Shown here: one piece after another, positions 33,537-35,267 of the stretch
How positions within the stretch are numbered: the stretch's first letter is position 1
How the letters are laid out: every line of letters begins with the position of its first letter
Virus record (IMG/VR): IMGVR_UViG_3300033475_000102
Coordinates: 1 to 35,267 of that record
Length of the DNA: 35,267 bases
Reading direction: 5' to 3' (one strand)
DNA from: a virus
Taxonomy: Duplodnaviria; Caudoviricetes
Translations under genes and position numbers: made by a program
The notes under the pieces: generated by a model
Database searches by the model: none
What the model saw: only the letters and a program-made list of their open reading frames with translations
Told to the model about the DNA's origin: nothing

Positions 33537-33715
33537 CGCTGCTCGCGTCTCGAAACTACACCACACCTTGTGGGTGGGCGAGTCCGAAACAGGAACACAG
33601 TCGGGGAAATCCCTACTGCTAAATATAGTTTATCACACCGATTAAGGCCGAAAGGTGGCAGCCCTAATCATCGAGGATTGCGGCCAACAAGCGGCGCAAC
33701 TCAACCGTTCCCCAC

Positions 33716-34624
33716 TTAGGAAGGCTGCGCTTCTTCGTTAATCCGCCGATAGGTCAGGCGCTTGCCTTCGATCCCCTTCAGGGCTTTGTCCGCGCGTTCG
33801 CGGTCCGAGCAGCCCAGCGCGGCGCGGTTGCTGTAGCGGAAATCGAACTCTGCCAGATAGCGGTGCAGGTGGCGTTCGTCGCAATGCTGATAAACGCCAG
33901 TCATGCCGCGCGCGAACTCCTTCTTGAAATGGTTCACGGCCTCGTGGGCGTCGAACTCTTGCCCGACCTTCTTGTAGACGCTGCTGGTATCGGTGTGCAG
34001 GCGGCTTTCCTTGGCCACGTTCTCGCGCACGATCTTGGCGACCTTATCGACGTGGGCGTGCTCGGCATAGAACGAGCGGGACTTTCCGCCACGCTCCACC
34101 AGGGTCACGATGGCGCGCTTGTGGTGCGGACCGTGCTTTGGGCGGTTGGGGTTCTTGCGGATCGGGGCCTTATGCGGCGGCAGGTTGCCGAAGTAGGTCT
34201 CATCAGCTTCCACCACCTTGCCCTTGCCGCCCATGGGTTCACGCCCGGTATCCTGCATCGCCTCGCGGATGCGGTGGGCCATGAACCAAGCCGACTTATA
34301 GGTGATCCCGAGCAGACGGTGGAGCTGGTGGGCGCTGATGCCCTTCTTGCTGGACGCCATCAAATGCGTGGCCAGCAGCCACTTGTGCAGGGGGATATGG
34401 GAGCGTTCGTAGACCGTCCCGACCGTCACGCTGAAATGGCCACGGCAGCCCTTGCAGGCATAGAGGCCGGGGCGATGGCCCTTGCCGCCGAGCTTGTAAA
34501 CGTTCTCGTCCACCGAGCCGCAATGGGGGCATACCGGGCCGTTCGGCCAACGCTGCGCCTCAAGGTATTCGCGCGCTGAAGTCTCGTCGGTGAAGATGGG
34601 ATTGGTCAGGTCTGCGTAGCTCAT
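33716..34624 (-). pseudogene. IS1595-family (ISXO2-like) transposase with in-frame deletion of the catalytic Glu region
   Basis: Zn ribbon CPHC..CKGC, SSKKGISAHQLHR, EADET, LHTD and HLHRYLAEFDFRY are present. The expected NTxEG.FS.FKRG segment is absent between EFARG and MTGVYQH. Confidence 0.8.
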
Positions 34625-34710
34625 GTCCCTTTCTAGGGGATGCGGCTTGCTATGTCAAGTATACAATCGCCATACGATTGGGGTCGCGGCTGGAAGGCAT
34701 GCTCGGCTTT

Positions 34711-34926
34711 TCATTTCTGCCCCCTTAGCGCTGCCTTGATTAAGTCGATGCCTAGCAAATGCGCCTGCAGGGGCGACAGGACACACCAAATACAGTCCAC
34801 ACCCTTCTCTGGGTCAAAGAGCTTCAAAAATACCCTATCGCCCTCTTCCACAACCGCACGCGGCAGTGTGCCGAGCGCGCGGATCTCCAGCTCGTCAAGC
34901 ATGACCGGCTGTTCCATCATCGCCAC
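34711..34926 (-). CDS. Hypothetical protein
   Basis: About 70 aa on the same strand as its neighbours; start uncertain. Confidence 0.5.
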   Translation of the reverse strand: MAMMEQPVMLDELEIRALGTLPRAVVEEGDRVFLKLFDPEKGVDCIWCVLSPLQAHLLGIDLIKAALRGQK

Positions 34927-34986
34927 CAGCCTGGACCACGGCGCGCTTTAGCAAGGTCAACAGGTACTCGGCGGGAGGGTGGATGA

Positions 34987-35265
34987 TCATGGCAGGCGCT
35001 TTCTCATATGGACCACTTCCCACCCCACATAAGATTTGCGGGGCTCATAGGTTCGGTAGCCGGCCGCCAGGATGTTCCGCGTCGAGTGGCCATTATGCCC
35101 GGCGCAGTAGGTGACGATTTCCCGCCATCCCTCACGCCGCGCATGCTTCTCCATGACGGCCATTAGCTTGCGCTGTAGGCCCTGCCCCCGCGCCCCCGGC
35201 ATCACCCCCACGCGGGAGAAGAACCACACGCCATGCCTCAAGGGATGGGCTGCCAGATAGCCTTG
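34987..35265 (-). CDS. GNAT acetyltransferase, 5' end outside window
   Basis: RVGVMPGARGQGLQRKL motif A and N.HS.RN....GY motif B; frame open to the window edge. Confidence 0.85.
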   Translation of the reverse strand, partial: QGYLAAHPLRHGVWFFSRVGVMPGARGQGLQRKLMAVMEKHARREGWREIVTYCAGHNGHSTRNILAAGYRTYEPRKSYVGWEVVHMRKRLP

Positions 35266-35267
35266 CA

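Larger units (their letters stand above)
32313..34671 (-). mobile_element. IS1595-family element with passenger genes (2359 bp)
   Basis: Perfect 24-bp terminal IRs GGCGATTGTATACTTGACATAGCA (32313-32336 and 34648-34671); flanking direct repeat ATACGAT (32306-32312 and 34672-34678). Confidence 0.93.

Noticed and set aside
33560-33635. SOS (GTTC-N7-GTTC) or NrdR-like boxes upstream of the HNH leader
   Set aside because: Only partial matches; not distinguishable from chance by eye.

Overview
The window covers most of a temperate podovirus-type phage genome, probably of an alphaproteobacterium. Coordinates 1-22127 (minus strand) run cro, early-right genes, replication, terS/terL, portal, scaffold, DUF5309/SU10-type capsid, adaptor, tail nozzle, tail fibre and DNA-ejection proteins. 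Coordinates 22225-31980 (plus strand) hold a cI-like repressor, a mosaic early-left operon (exonuclease, NinB, HNH, many small genes), xis, a deletion-broken tyrosine integrase and an attP-like 3' fragment of tRNA-Ser(GCT) with phage genes on both sides. A 2359-bp IS1595-family element carrying cargo sits at 32313-34671. The most unusual observations are: (1) a HiPIP-like four-Cys domain inserted in the portal protein; (2) a dispersed hairpin/minigene repeat, one copy of which forms inverted repeats around a gene cassette whose removal would restore a start-less ORF; (3) a ~370-nt tandem hairpin array with anti-Shine-Dalgarno-like loops; (4) a shared (G/S)LF C-terminus on consecutive ejection-cluster proteins; (5) a repressor whose S24 domain appears to lack both catalytic residues; (6) IS cargo of a HEPN-like and an HNH nuclease with a type-I-TA-like antisense RNA. 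All family assignments come from motif recognition by eye; no database searches were run.
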